Origin: Candidatus Poribacteria bacterium
Lineage (GTDB): Bacteria > Poribacteria > WGA-4E > WGA-3G
Assembly: GCA_963665235.2 (NCBI GenBank)
Contig: CAXXLX010000001.1
Location: 3,264,001 to 3,328,000 of the forward strand
Length of the DNA: 64,000 nt
Direction of reading: 5' to 3'
Part shown: piece after piece, positions 1-10,583 of the stretch
Numbering within the stretch: the first letter of the stretch is position 1
Layout of the letters: every line of letters begins with the position of its first letter
Position numbers and translations under genes: made by a program
The notes under the pieces: model-generated
Databases searched by the model: none
The model's input: only the letters and a program-made list of their open reading frames with translations
What the model was told of the DNA's origin: nothing

Positions 1-2
1 CT

Positions 3-248
3 CAAGCAATTGCCATACATCGCGGCGAGGAACCCCATCGGTGGGAGACCCTCAGCATAAATCTCGCCTTACTCACAGAAAAAGATACAGCCTTGCACGC
101 TGAAATATGGGAGTCGAACGTGCCGCCTCACGGGTATTTTAGAGGATATAAAGAGACCCGCGAGTATGTGAAGCGGGTTATGCTTTACTATGCCCGGCTC
201 TGCCATTTTTCTCAAATTCTCGGTAAGGTGAAATCGTTTGTAAAATAG
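3..248 (+). CDS. C-terminal part of an SLT/MltF-like lytic transglycosylase (5' truncated by window)
   Basis: Open frame from 3 to TAG 246-248, ending ...PHRWETL...GYFRGYKETREYVKRVMLYY, resembling the GYxRGxETxxYVxxV end of SLT domains. Confidence 0.65.
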   Translation, partial: QAIAIHRGEEPHRWETLSINLALLTEKDTALHAEIWESNVPPHGYFRGYKETREYVKRVMLYYARLCHFSQILGKVKSFVK

Positions 249-254
249 AATTCC

Positions 255-284
255 TTGCCAGTAATGCTACATATATGATACAAT
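255..284 (+). promoter_or_regulatory. sigma70-like promoter
   Basis: TTGCCA-18 nt-TACAAT with TG extended -10. Confidence 0.45.
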
Positions 285-433
285 AATTATAGGAAGCAAC
301 GTTTAGATGTGACGTGACGCTCCGGTAGGTTATGCTAAAAAACACAGGCAGCGTCTAAACAGAGCGGGCTAAAAAGGTAACGTCACTATAGTAGATTATG
401 CTACAAAGGGGGCAACTTAGGATAGGAGAAGAT

Positions 434-1141
434 ATGGCAGTAAAAAATTTAAAGCAGCGGATTCGCGCCGGTGAATGTATCTATGGCGTTTCAGTTTCAA
501 TGATGACCCCTCGTGACAGTCTTGCAACAAGGATTGAAGAGGGGAAGTACGATTTTGTCGCTGTGGATAGTCAACACGCAGCATTCAGTGAGGAGCGGCT
601 CGTCGCCTTTTGTAATATGGCAGATGAATTAAACATTCCGGTGAATTTTCGGATTAAACATACCCGAAACGCCTATCTCATCGGGAATTACCTTGACCTC
701 GGCCCTTCGGGCATTGAGGTGCCGCAGGTAGAATTAGAGGAAACAGTTAATGAGGCGGTCGATGCTTTCTACTATCCACAGCGGGGTATTCGAAGTTGGG
801 GCGGGGCAGCAAGAAAAAACGCAGCTGGCACAGAACGGCTTGAATATGCCGAGTGGTGGAACAATTACGGCATGCTCTGGATGCAAATTGAATCGATAGA
901 GGCAGTGACACATGCCCGCCGGCTCGCGAAAGCAGGAGTGGATTGCCTCTCCTTTGGCCCAACCGATTTGACCTTCAGTATGGAGGGACACCCGAATCAT
1001 GCACTCCAAACAGTAGACGCTTGTGTAGAATACGTCGCTAAAGAATTGCAGGGGTGCCCAACTGCTGTTTGCTTTAGAAACGGCAATCCGAGCACACGCA
1101 AAAAGTACGCGGATATGGGGGTTACCGTTTTTTTGGAATAG
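434..1141 (+). CDS. HpcH/HpaI aldolase/citrate lyase family protein
   Basis: YDFVAVDSQH, YYPQRGIRSWG, MQIESIEAV, FGPTDL motifs; GGAG SD before ATG 434. Confidence 0.85.
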   Translation: MAVKNLKQRIRAGECIYGVSVSMMTPRDSLATRIEEGKYDFVAVDSQHAAFSEERLVAFCNMADELNIPVNFRIKHTRNAYLIGNYLDLGPSGIEVPQVELEETVNEAVDAFYYPQRGIRSWGGAARKNAAGTERLEYAEWWNNYGMLWMQIESIEAVTHARRLAKAGVDCLSFGPTDLTFSMEGHPNHALQTVDACVEYVAKELQGCPTAVCFRNGNPSTRKKYADMGVTVFLE

Positions 1142-1240
1142 TCGAAGCTAAAGCACATTGTATTTAGCATATCAACGCCGATATTTTTAAGAAAATTAGA
1201 AAAACCAACAATTAGGACTCATGTTTAATACCATCTAAAA

Positions 1241-2608
1241 ATGTTAAACTATGGACTCGTAAGCACAGCTAGTGCTGATGACCGGCAGAAACTGCAAAAT
1301 GGGATACGCTGCTTAGGCACAATGGCACACAAATACGGTATTCCGGTAACGTGGGCAATGGATGCTGCTTCAGCACAATTTCTAGCGAAGGATGTGACTG
1401 AATGGCACGCCGAATATGGCGATGAGCCGCTACTGATGCTAGATATCAAACCGTTGTGGGAGACAAACTGGGCAACCCTCACAGAGGAGGACGACTCCCA
1501 TAACACCTCGCGGGTATCCGCATCGCCAGAAATTGTCGCAGAGCACCTCGTCAAAATGCGGGAGATGTTACCGCAATACGTGACTACCGAATGTAATCGG
1601 CTCAAAAAGGCGATGACCTGGGCAGCCCCAAGTGTTGCTGGGGCAGTTTGGAAAAACGGTGTCCTCCTTCATGCCCTAGAGCAAACAGGTTTCCGAGGAT
1701 TATGGGGGTATCGCTGGAACGAACGCAACTCGGAGGCGGAGGCAGACCGCGGCTGTCCGTTTGGCTACTTTTATCCATCTATAGAACAGCATAACTTCAG
1801 TGCCCCGACAGCGGGGAGCATCGCTGGCATCCCCTATCTTACCGCTGCCCATTTAGAAAACGATGCGAATAATCTTCGCGCCTCGCTTCTAAACGGCACG
1901 GCACAGCGAAGCTACGATGTTTACGTAGAGAATCGACAGTGGAATCGATGGCTCGGTTATGTGCAACATATCAATGCAGTTGAGGTAACACAATTTGGAC
2001 AAGAGACGTTGGAACGGCTAGAGGCATATTTCGACTATGTGGCTAGCGATGAAAACACAAAGCTTTTGCCCCTGTCTGAAATGGTTGACGATTATTGGAC
2101 AACTTGCCAGCAGACGGAGCCGACCTATATTATCGCGAGTGCCCTTGAATGTCAAACTACGCAGGAGTCCGCGAATTCAGATTCAGCTACGGAATCAAAA
2201 ACGGATGAGCAAAAGATGTGTTTCTATTATGATGCCGAATGCCAACTTACCTTTGTTGAGGGAACAGCGGAACCGGTTGAAATGAAAAACTATATTTCAC
2301 CGCCAGTTTTGGAGACACCTGGGGGACAGATTTCGGAGCTCAGCGCGCCTGCCCCTGGGATTGAATACCATTTACCCAAGATCACGCGATTTCTGCCGAG
2401 TCGACAACGTTCAAAATTGCACATCACCTTCGCAATTGAATCGACAAAGGCGATGCCCTACGGTATAGCGATATGGGGCAATCACAGCGGCTTGCAACTC
2501 GCTACATCTAACGTCGACGCTGTCACCTGGATAGATAAATACATGCTGTTTGTACGGTTCAGTTTGCAACCGGGAAACAACGAATTTGAAGTGATATTGA
2601 CAATTTGA
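1241..2608 (+). CDS. hypothetical protein, possibly deacetylase/glycoside-hydrolase-like barrel
   Basis: 455-aa ORF; GIPVTWA and WG...GCPFGYFYPS segments; no firm family. Confidence 0.6.
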   Translation: MLNYGLVSTASADDRQKLQNGIRCLGTMAHKYGIPVTWAMDAASAQFLAKDVTEWHAEYGDEPLLMLDIKPLWETNWATLTEEDDSHNTSRVSASPEIVAEHLVKMREMLPQYVTTECNRLKKAMTWAAPSVAGAVWKNGVLLHALEQTGFRGLWGYRWNERNSEAEADRGCPFGYFYPSIEQHNFSAPTAGSIAGIPYLTAAHLENDANNLRASLLNGTAQRSYDVYVENRQWNRWLGYVQHINAVEVTQFGQETLERLEAYFDYVASDENTKLLPLSEMVDDYWTTCQQTEPTYIIASALECQTTQESANSDSATESKTDEQKMCFYYDAECQLTFVEGTAEPVEMKNYISPPVLETPGGQISELSAPAPGIEYHLPKITRFLPSRQRSKLHITFAIESTKAMPYGIAIWGNHSGLQLATSNVDAVTWIDKYMLFVRFSLQPGNNEFEVILTI

Positions 2609-2641
2609 AGAGCCTTCAGCTCTTCTCAACTTGGAGAGAAT

Positions 2642-3874
2642 ATGGAAAAAGTTTTAGGCTTAAAATGTCGTGAATGTGAACGGAAATATCCGAAGGAACC
2701 GCTTCACGTTTGCGAGTTCTGTTTCGGTCCGCTTGAGGTAGACTATAACTACGAAGCTATTCAAAAGTCCATCTCAAGACGCTCAATTGAGCAGGGACCG
2801 CAAAGCTTGTGGCGATACGTCGACCTGCTACCGATTGATGAGGCACCAACAGATGGGCTCAACTCCGGTTTTACGCCCTTAATCCATGCGAAAAATTTAG
2901 GCGATACCCTCGGCGTTAAGCATCTCTATATTAAAGACGATTCGGTATGTCACCCGACACTCTCTTTCAAAGACCGCGTTGTATCGATTGCCTTGAGCAA
3001 GGCAAAAGAATTCGATTTTGACACAGTGTCATGTGCATCAACCGGCAATTTAGCGAACGCAGTCGCTGCGCATGCTGCTATCGCTAATCTGAACTGTTTC
3101 ATTTTCATTCCTGCAGACCTCGAACTTGGCAAAGTGGTGGCTTCGCTCGTTTATGCCCCTACGGTAGTAGGCATCACGGGTACCTACGACGAAGTGAACC
3201 GACTATGCAGTGAAATTGCTGGGGTTTATCCGTGGGCATTTGTGAACATTAACATCCGTCCCTTCTATGCCGAAGGTTCAAAAACGCTCTGCTTTGAATT
3301 GATTGAACAACTCGGTTGGGAGGCACCGGACCACATCATCGCGCCTGCTGCTGGTGGGTCGCTAATTACAAAAATCGGCAAAGCACTTAAGGAGTTTTAC
3401 CACCTCGACCTCATAGAAAAACCAAATACTAAAATTCATGTTGCACAAGCAGCGGGGTGCGGACCGATTGTCAATACCTACAAGGAAAATGGGGATTTTG
3501 TCAAACCGGTGAAACCGGACACTATCGCCAAATCGCTTGCTATTGGGAATCCAGCAGACGGTATTTATGCCGTGAACACTGTCCGGAAATCCGGGGGCAT
3601 CGGCGAACATGCCACCGATGACGAAATCATTGAAGCCATTAAACTGCTCGCCGCTACCGAAGGGATTTTTACCGAGACTGCCGGGGGAGTCACGCTTGCG
3701 GTCGCTAAAAAACTCATCGAAAACGGACATATCACACCCGATGAACGCACTGTGCTCGCTATTACAGGCAACGGTCTCAAAACCATAGAAGCTCTTGAAA
3801 AGAAAACGGATGAACCGCATATCATCGCACCACAACTGAACGCTTTTCGGAAACTGATGGCAAGCATCGAATAA
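2642..3874 (+). CDS. thrC: threonine synthase
   Basis: N-terminal CxxC..CxxC, PLP-lysine motif PTLSFKDR, CASTGN, TGNGLK. Confidence 0.93.
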   Translation: MEKVLGLKCRECERKYPKEPLHVCEFCFGPLEVDYNYEAIQKSISRRSIEQGPQSLWRYVDLLPIDEAPTDGLNSGFTPLIHAKNLGDTLGVKHLYIKDDSVCHPTLSFKDRVVSIALSKAKEFDFDTVSCASTGNLANAVAAHAAIANLNCFIFIPADLELGKVVASLVYAPTVVGITGTYDEVNRLCSEIAGVYPWAFVNINIRPFYAEGSKTLCFELIEQLGWEAPDHIIAPAAGGSLITKIGKALKEFYHLDLIEKPNTKIHVAQAAGCGPIVNTYKENGDFVKPVKPDTIAKSLAIGNPADGIYAVNTVRKSGGIGEHATDDEIIEAIKLLAATEGIFTETAGGVTLAVAKKLIENGHITPDERTVLAITGNGLKTIEALEKKTDEPHIIAPQLNAFRKLMASIE

Positions 3875-3926
3875 CCGGTTTCTGTTGAAAGTTTTCGTTC
3901 AGACGCGCCTTTTGGAGGATGAAAGT

Positions 3927-4502
3927 ATGACGCATTTAGAAGCACACGAACACTCACAGGATATACCCACACCCGAACATGGCACCATGACATTAGAGGA
4001 ATTCCTTGCAACGGATGTCGATGGATATGAATACGTCAAAGGAGAACTTGTCCCAATGCCCGGAACATCAATCACACATGGTATAATCAGTATCAACATC
4101 ATTCGCTGTTTAGACTCGCCTGTTCATGAGAATAAGTTAGGACGCTTGTTGCCATCAGAGACCGCCTTTAAAGTCGGTGAACGGGTGCTGAAACCGGATA
4201 TCGCTTTTCTATCAGCAGCTCGCTTAGCAGAAATAGAAGACAGAGCCAAGGGCTCTCCGATACCGCCCGATCTTGCCATAGAGGTGATTTCTCCATCGGA
4301 TACCCTATCGCGTATTGTTGGAAAAGTATTTGCGTATTTGGACGCTGGCACCCGCGTTGTCTGGATTATTGAACCTGATTCAAAAACTGTGCTCGTCTAT
4401 CAATCCGAAACAGACATCAAAATATTAACCCGCGAAGACACCCTCACTGGGGGGGATGTCGTGCCGGGGTTCTCCTGTCCTGTTGCACAACTATTTGCGT
4501 AG
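3927..4502 (+). CDS. Uma2 (DUF820) family endonuclease-like protein
   Basis: YEYVKGELV, KPDIAF, PPDLAIEVISPSD, YLDAGTRVVWII, PGFSCPV. Confidence 0.9.
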   Translation: MTHLEAHEHSQDIPTPEHGTMTLEEFLATDVDGYEYVKGELVPMPGTSITHGIISINIIRCLDSPVHENKLGRLLPSETAFKVGERVLKPDIAFLSAARLAEIEDRAKGSPIPPDLAIEVISPSDTLSRIVGKVFAYLDAGTRVVWIIEPDSKTVLVYQSETDIKILTREDTLTGGDVVPGFSCPVAQLFA

Positions 4503-4529
4503 CTATACCACACAAGAAGAGTCTAAAAA

Positions 4530-6794
4530 ATGGAAACGCTTCACGGAATCCTTGAACGGGTTGTTTTTGAAAACCCCGACAACGGGTATACCGTCGGCAG
4601 ATTTTCTGCCCGTGGCTACCCAGAACTCGTCACCATCGTAGGCAATCTTGCATCTGTCAACGCTGGCGAAAGCTTGCTGCTTAACGGCGAATGGGTTAAC
4701 AATCCAAAATACGGGAGGCAGTTCAATATTAACAGGTATGAAACTATCCTCCCAGCAAACGTCGTCGGATTGCGAAAATACCTCGGCTCCGGCCTCATTA
4801 AAGGTATCGGCCCGAAGATGGCGACCCGTATCGTCAAACAATTCGGGATGGATACGATGGATGTGATTGAGCAGACACCTGAAAAATTGGAACGCGTACC
4901 GGGGATTGGGCGGAAACGCATTAAACTTATCAAGCAAGCGTGGGAAGCACAACGTGAGATTAAAAACGTGATGATTTTCTTGCAATCGCACGATGTAAGC
5001 ACCGCACATGCAGCGAAAATCTACAAGATATACAAAAATGAAGCTATACCCATTGTCACTGAAAATCCTTACCGGCTCGCCGATGAAATTTACGGCATCG
5101 GATTTGTAACAGCTGACACGATTGCACAAAAATTGGGCGTGGCTAAAGATGCACCACACAGAGTAGAAGCCGGTATCAAATATGTACTCAGTCAAAAGGC
5201 AAACGATGGACACGTCTTTCAGCACCACCTCGAACTTATTGAGGCGTGTCAAAACATGCTTGAGCAGACACCAGAGACAATTCAGAAGGGTATCCGCTCC
5301 CTCACTGAAAAAGAGGAGATTATCCTTTCACCAGAAGACGAACTGGTAGAAACCTTAGCGGAAATCGGGGTGCAGCTGGTAGAGCCTGTCCTCGAAGTAC
5401 AAGATGAGGACAGCGGAGAAAATGCTGACGTTGATGAACCGATTGACGAGCAAAGTGCTATCTATCTGGCACCCTTCTACTATGCTGAATTAGGAGTTGC
5501 CAATCAGTTCAGGCGACTGTTGTCAAGTCGGAAACCGGACTCAAATCATATCCACATTGAGACAGCGTTGGCGCAGCTGGAAAGGGTGATGAACATCCGA
5601 TTTGCCCCACAACAGCAGGAAGCAATTCACGCAGCACTCACTGAACGCGCGATGATTCTGACAGGCGGCCCAGGCACAGGCAAAACCACAACCACAGTCG
5701 GTATGATTCGGTTATTTGAGGCAGCTGGAAAGCAGATTGCACTGGCTGCACCGACCGGGCGCGCAGCAAAACGCCTCAGCGAAATGACGAACAGGGAAGC
5801 CAAAACGATACACCGCCTCCTCGAATTTTCACCGAGAGAAAACGGGTTCAAACGCAATCGGCAAAATCCCCTGGAAGCAGATGTTGTCATTGTCGACGAA
5901 ATGTCAATGGTAGACCTCATCTTGATGAACCGACTCATGCAGGCAATCCCCCCGGATGCCACCGTGATACTCATCGGCGATATCGACCAGCTACCCTCTG
6001 TCGGTGCAGGCAATGTGCTTAAGGCACTCATCGATTCTCGACAGATACCGGTAGTCACACTCACAGAAATCTTCCGACAGGCAAGAGAGAGTATGATTGT
6101 GACAAACGCACATCGGATTAACATTGGTGAATTTCCAAAACTCACCGGGGACGCTGAACGGAATTTCTTCTTCCTAGAAGAATCGGACCCAGAGACAGCA
6201 GCAAAACTCATCTCCTCCCTCATTGCCGAACGTTTACCTCGACACTACGGCTATCATCCGCTAGATGACATCCAACTGTTATGCCCGATGCGGCGCGGCA
6301 TTCTCGGCTCCGAAAACCTCAACAAAAGACTCCAAGACGTGCTTAATCCGAGCACTACAGAAGCTGTCAGAGGATGGCAAGCCTTTCGCAACGGCGATAA
6401 GGTGATGCAAGTACGCAACAACTACGACTACGAGGTCTTCAACGGTGATATCGGAAGAATTGTCGATATTGACCCGGTCGAAAAGAGAGTAAAAGTTCAG
6501 TTCCCCGATAAAAATGTGGCTTATGATATGGCGGACCTGAATGAGCTCACCTTGGCTTATGCCACAACTATCCACAAAGCACAAGGCAGCGAATACCCCG
6601 CGGTTATCATCCCTTTGCACACACAACACTATCTTATGTTACAACGGAATTTACTTTACACAGGCATCACCCGCGCTAAAGAACGGGTGGTAATTGTTGG
6701 GACCAGGAAAGCACTCGCTATCTGTATCAATAACACACAGGTGACAGAACGTAACAGCTACCTTGCAGAACGTCTTCAAGATGGGTTTGCATAG
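4530..6794 (+). CDS. recD2: ATP-dependent RecD2-like DNA helicase
   Basis: YLGSGLIKGIGP HhH, Walker A GGPGTGKT, APTGRAAKR, VDEMSM, GDIDQLPSVGAG, TIHKAQGSE. Confidence 0.95.
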   Translation: METLHGILERVVFENPDNGYTVGRFSARGYPELVTIVGNLASVNAGESLLLNGEWVNNPKYGRQFNINRYETILPANVVGLRKYLGSGLIKGIGPKMATRIVKQFGMDTMDVIEQTPEKLERVPGIGRKRIKLIKQAWEAQREIKNVMIFLQSHDVSTAHAAKIYKIYKNEAIPIVTENPYRLADEIYGIGFVTADTIAQKLGVAKDAPHRVEAGIKYVLSQKANDGHVFQHHLELIEACQNMLEQTPETIQKGIRSLTEKEEIILSPEDELVETLAEIGVQLVEPVLEVQDEDSGENADVDEPIDEQSAIYLAPFYYAELGVANQFRRLLSSRKPDSNHIHIETALAQLERVMNIRFAPQQQEAIHAALTERAMILTGGPGTGKTTTTVGMIRLFEAAGKQIALAAPTGRAAKRLSEMTNREAKTIHRLLEFSPRENGFKRNRQNPLEADVVIVDEMSMVDLILMNRLMQAIPPDATVILIGDIDQLPSVGAGNVLKALIDSRQIPVVTLTEIFRQARESMIVTNAHRINIGEFPKLTGDAERNFFFLEESDPETAAKLISSLIAERLPRHYGYHPLDDIQLLCPMRRGILGSENLNKRLQDVLNPSTTEAVRGWQAFRNGDKVMQVRNNYDYEVFNGDIGRIVDIDPVEKRVKVQFPDKNVAYDMADLNELTLAYATTIHKAQGSEYPAVIIPLHTQHYLMLQRNLLYTGITRAKERVVIVGTRKALAICINNTQVTERNSYLAERLQDGFA

Positions 6795-6903
6795 TTTGTA
6801 GTAGAACAATTCATCGCCCGTCGTGTGTGCTTGCGATTGAAATTGACACATTTTCCTTGACTTCACAATTTTTTAATGATACACTGCACGCACATTGGGA
6901 TCC

Positions 6904-6935
6904 CCTCCTGTTTTAAAGTCATTTAAAACAGGAGG
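6904..6935. terminator. perfect 14-bp inverted repeat hairpin
   Basis: cctcctgttttaaa-gtca-tttaaaacaggagg between recD2 and the esterase gene; no U-tract. Confidence 0.4.
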
Positions 6936-6989
6936 CTCTCTCATCACAAACCGACTAATTACCGTTAACCCTCAACCGAAGGAGTTTGA

Positions 6990-8534
6990 ATGAAAATCCT
7001 TATTATGATTCTTCTCGGCTCTGCGTTCTTCTTCGCGCAAACGTTTGCGTACTCTGAGATTAAACTGCCACGCGTTATCAGCAACGACATGGTGCTGCAA
7101 CGCGATATGCCCGCACCGATTTGGGGATGGGCAGATGCAGGCGAAGATATTTCTGTTACCCTCAGCAAACAGGACGTAGAAACTGGCACTGTTCATACAA
7201 CAACTACAACCGCTGACGCGAACGGCAATTGGCAAACGACACTCCCAGCTATGCAGGCAGGCGGCCCGTATACGCTTAACATCAGCGGCAGCAGCACCGT
7301 TGAACTTACAAATATACTTTTTGGCGAAGTGTGGTTATGCTCAGGACAGTCTAATATGGAGTGGCCCGTCAACGCTTCAATGAACAAAGACGCTGAAATA
7401 GCCGCTGCAAATTACCCGCTGATTCGATTATTTCACGTACCGCGGGAAGCCTCCGGGTTGCCTGTCCGTGACGTACATACACAGTGGCGGCCGACTACAC
7501 CGGATAACATCAGACATTTTTCCGCTGTCGCCTACGCTTTTGGTAGGCATATTCACAAGGAACTAGATGAGGTGCCGATTGGGTTAATTAACGCCTCATG
7601 GGGGGGCACCCGTATTGAACCGTGGACCCCGCAGGTCGGATTCACATCGGTATCAGCACTCACCGCAATCGCTGAAGAAATTCAGGATGTTGACAAAAAC
7701 TATCGAGCGCAGCTCCCACAGAAGCTGAACGATATTGAGGAGTGGATAGCAAAGACAAGAAAGGCATTGGAAAACGAAGGTGTTATTTTTCAGATGCCCG
7801 AAAATGTACACCCCTTAACCCCCCATCAGAGACCGACAGCACTTTACAACAATATGGTCTATCCAATTGTGCCTTTTGCCATACGTGGTGCCCTTTGGTA
7901 TCAAGGCGAATCAAACATGGGGGAAGGTATGATGTACCATGAAAAGATGAAGGCACTTATTAACGGATGGCGACAGGTCTGGGGACAAGGGGATTTTCCG
8001 TTCTATTTTGTCCAACTCGCGCCATGGGGCGGCTACGATAAAAATGATCCGACTCGACTTCCAAGGTTTTGGGAGGCGCAAACTGCCACGCTAGCCGTAC
8101 CAAATACCGGTATGGTGGTAATAACAGACGTGGGCAACATTCGGGATATTCACCCGCGAAATAAACAGGATGTTGGATTGCGGCTTGCCTTATGGGCACT
8201 TGCCAAAACTTACGGTAAAGAGGAGCTGGTGCATTCCGGACCGCTTTACAAATCTATGGCCGCTGAAGGCAACACAATCCGTATCAGTTTTGACCATGTG
8301 GGCAGTGGGTTGATAGCGCGAGATGGCGAACCGTTGACATGGTTTCAAATTGCAGGAGAGGATAAGGAGTTCGTTGAGGCAACTGCGGTCGTTGATGGCG
8401 ATACGGTGGTTGTATCAAGCGATTCGGTTCAGGCACCTGTTGCCGTGCGATTCGGTTGGGATCAGATTGCGGAGCCGAACCTTATGAATAAGGAGGGACT
8501 ACCCACCTCACCTTTCCGGACCGATTCATGGTAA
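6990..8534 (+). CDS. secreted sialate O-acetylesterase (SASA/SGNH)
   Basis: Signal peptide, MVLQR, GEVWLCSGQSNM, WYQGESN, DIHPRNKQDVG. Confidence 0.92.
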   Translation: MKILIMILLGSAFFFAQTFAYSEIKLPRVISNDMVLQRDMPAPIWGWADAGEDISVTLSKQDVETGTVHTTTTTADANGNWQTTLPAMQAGGPYTLNISGSSTVELTNILFGEVWLCSGQSNMEWPVNASMNKDAEIAAANYPLIRLFHVPREASGLPVRDVHTQWRPTTPDNIRHFSAVAYAFGRHIHKELDEVPIGLINASWGGTRIEPWTPQVGFTSVSALTAIAEEIQDVDKNYRAQLPQKLNDIEEWIAKTRKALENEGVIFQMPENVHPLTPHQRPTALYNNMVYPIVPFAIRGALWYQGESNMGEGMMYHEKMKALINGWRQVWGQGDFPFYFVQLAPWGGYDKNDPTRLPRFWEAQTATLAVPNTGMVVITDVGNIRDIHPRNKQDVGLRLALWALAKTYGKEELVHSGPLYKSMAAEGNTIRISFDHVGSGLIARDGEPLTWFQIAGEDKEFVEATAVVDGDTVVVSSDSVQAPVAVRFGWDQIAEPNLMNKEGLPTSPFRTDSW

Positions 8535-8543
8535 AAAACGGAT

Positions 8544-8601
8544 GGGCAATGAATTGCCCTACTACCAACAAGAACGTTTGTAGTAGGGTGATTTATCACC
8601 C
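8544..8601. repeat. inverted pair of GTAG-type REP-like hairpins
   Basis: gggcaatgaattgccc-tactac followed by gtagta-gggtgatttatcaccc between convergent genes. Confidence 0.6.
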
Positions 8602-8616
8602 GTTCCGATTTTGTGA

Positions 8617-9555
8617 CTACGCTGCCAACGCGGCAAATAACGCCTTGATATAACCCACTGAATATGCTAATCCGACATTGCCTTCCAACCTCGGAATATG
8701 GTCGGCATTGATACACCCATCGAACCCAACCTTTTGGAGTTCCCGTACAATTTTGAACATATTCATATCGCCATCGTCTAAGAGTGTTTCCTCGAATGCT
8801 CCGGCTGTTGCAAGGCTACCGCGCACATTCCGTAGGTGAATCATGAAGATGCGTCCCTTGCGTCCGTAATTGTTAATCTCATCGAGCACAATAGCACTGC
8901 CACCCGCTTCAGCACGGGTGCCGCAGCAGTAAAGATAACCGACATTTTTGCTCGGAAACGCGTCAATAACGCGGTGAAATCCGAGACCGCCGAGGGGCGT
9001 ATCCGGATTCGGCACATCCGATGGGTGAATAGCAAGTTTGATATCGTGTTCATCGGCAATTGGGACCAACGCGCCGTAGACTTCACAGAAACGTTTCCAC
9101 CATTCGTCGAGCTCTTCCATCGTCGGGGTAGGCGGCGGATTCTGTGTTGCCGCACGACTTTCCCCACGCGAGGTATATCCCCCACGATGTACAGCAGAAT
9201 AACGTGTCATCAGATAGTCAAACGTATCTCCCCAAAACCGTTGACGCGCAATAGGCACCCCAGCTTCCGCGAACACCTTAAGCGCGTTGCACGTATTCTC
9301 TAATTCCTTTTCGCCATCGGGTTGCCCCTTCATGAACCGCTCAGTGATGTTCGGCAGCGTCACCCGGTTGATGTCCAAGCCGTAAGAGCGAATCTGTTTT
9401 TTCATTTTCAACAGTCCATCTAAATCGGGATAGCCTTGCTCTCTAACACCGGGAAAAGAGCCACCGTTACCGAAATCGATGCAGTTGGCACCGAGTTGTG
9501 TGACCTGTTTGAGGTAGGTGTCTGAAAGTCCACCGTCCCAGACTGAAATTTTCAT
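8617..9555 (-). CDS. mannonate dehydratase (UxuA)-like protein
   Basis: LAIHPSDVP, IHLRNVRG, FEETLLDDGDMNM, ADHIP. Confidence 0.8.
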   Translation of the reverse strand: MKISVWDGGLSDTYLKQVTQLGANCIDFGNGGSFPGVREQGYPDLDGLLKMKKQIRSYGLDINRVTLPNITERFMKGQPDGEKELENTCNALKVFAEAGVPIARQRFWGDTFDYLMTRYSAVHRGGYTSRGESRAATQNPPPTPTMEELDEWWKRFCEVYGALVPIADEHDIKLAIHPSDVPNPDTPLGGLGFHRVIDAFPSKNVGYLYCCGTRAEAGGSAIVLDEINNYGRKGRIFMIHLRNVRGSLATAGAFEETLLDDGDMNMFKIVRELQKVGFDGCINADHIPRLEGNVGLAYSVGYIKALFAALAA

Positions 9556-9567
9556 TTTTTTTCTCCT

Positions 9568-10572
9568 CTATAGGGGTAATGCGACAGGCTGCCCAGTTTC
9601 AACAGATTGGTATGCAGCTAACGCAATTTCCACAGCGGCACGTCCATCAAGTCCTGTAATCAGTGGGGGTGTATCGTTCCGAATTGCCTCTGCAAAAACA
9701 CGAATTTCTTGTTGCACAGGCGGCCGCACCTGAATATCACCTATCCTGATACTTCTGCCTTCCCCTTCAAAAGGTTTAATCTGAATAGATGCATCTCCGC
9801 CCCAGATTTGCGGAAAATAGATAGAGCCTTTTTCGCAGTCAACGCGTCCTCCGTAACCGCCAACAGCGGCGGCATGGCTGGAATGCAGCAATCCGACAGC
9901 CCCGTTTTTAAAATTTAATGATGCAAGCACAACATCCGGGTAGTCTGTATGTTCATGGACGTATTGTCCGCCAACCCCGTATACTCTTGAGACATCCCCA
10001 CATGTCCATCGCATGAAGTCAATCTCATGTGCATTTATTTCCATGAGACTGCCACCAGATTTCGAACGTTCCAAACGCCAACGGACACGATTTCCACCTG
10101 ACCAAGGGCCGCCGATGCGATGCACCATCATATTAACGGGTGCGCCTAATTCACCGCTATGAACAATTTCGCGAACCTTTGAATGTGTGGCATGATAACG
10201 ACAGACCAACCCAATTGTGAGTTTGACACCGTTTTCCGCAGCAGCCCCAATCATTGCGTCACAATCGGTTAGTGTCGGTGCCATCGGTTTTTCAGAAAAA
10301 ACATGCTTTCCTGCATTTGCCGCATCAACCGCCATCTGTGCATGTAGAAACGGGGGGGAAGCGATGAGCACTGCATGGATATTGTCATCAGAAAGCAGGG
10401 CATGGTAATCGGTTGTGTAATTTGTGCCGAGGTTATCTGATAACGTTTTTGCCAATTCCTCTTGTAGGTCACTGACACAGATAACCTCTATGCCTTCAAC
10501 AGCGTTTGCACTATTTGCGAGACTTCTGCCCATGCCGCCACATCCGATAACGCCAATCCCGACGGTTTCCAT
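9568..10572 (-). CDS. Gfo/Idh/MocA oxidoreductase
   Basis: GVIGCGGMG Rossmann motif, HVFSEKPM, GGSLMEINAHEID. Confidence 0.92.
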   Translation of the reverse strand: METVGIGVIGCGGMGRSLANSANAVEGIEVICVSDLQEELAKTLSDNLGTNYTTDYHALLSDDNIHAVLIASPPFLHAQMAVDAANAGKHVFSEKPMAPTLTDCDAMIGAAAENGVKLTIGLVCRYHATHSKVREIVHSGELGAPVNMMVHRIGGPWSGGNRVRWRLERSKSGGSLMEINAHEIDFMRWTCGDVSRVYGVGGQYVHEHTDYPDVVLASLNFKNGAVGLLHSSHAAAVGGYGGRVDCEKGSIYFPQIWGGDASIQIKPFEGEGRSIRIGDIQVRPPVQQEIRVFAEAIRNDTPPLITGLDGRAAVEIALAAYQSVETGQPVALPL

Positions 10573-10583
10573 AATCTTCTCCT

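Noticed and set aside
4503-5252. 249-aa antisense ORF and similar shadow ORFs (e.g. 5627-6223, 40295-40879, 44910-45443)
   Set aside because: They lie opposite well-supported genes and show no recognisable motifs
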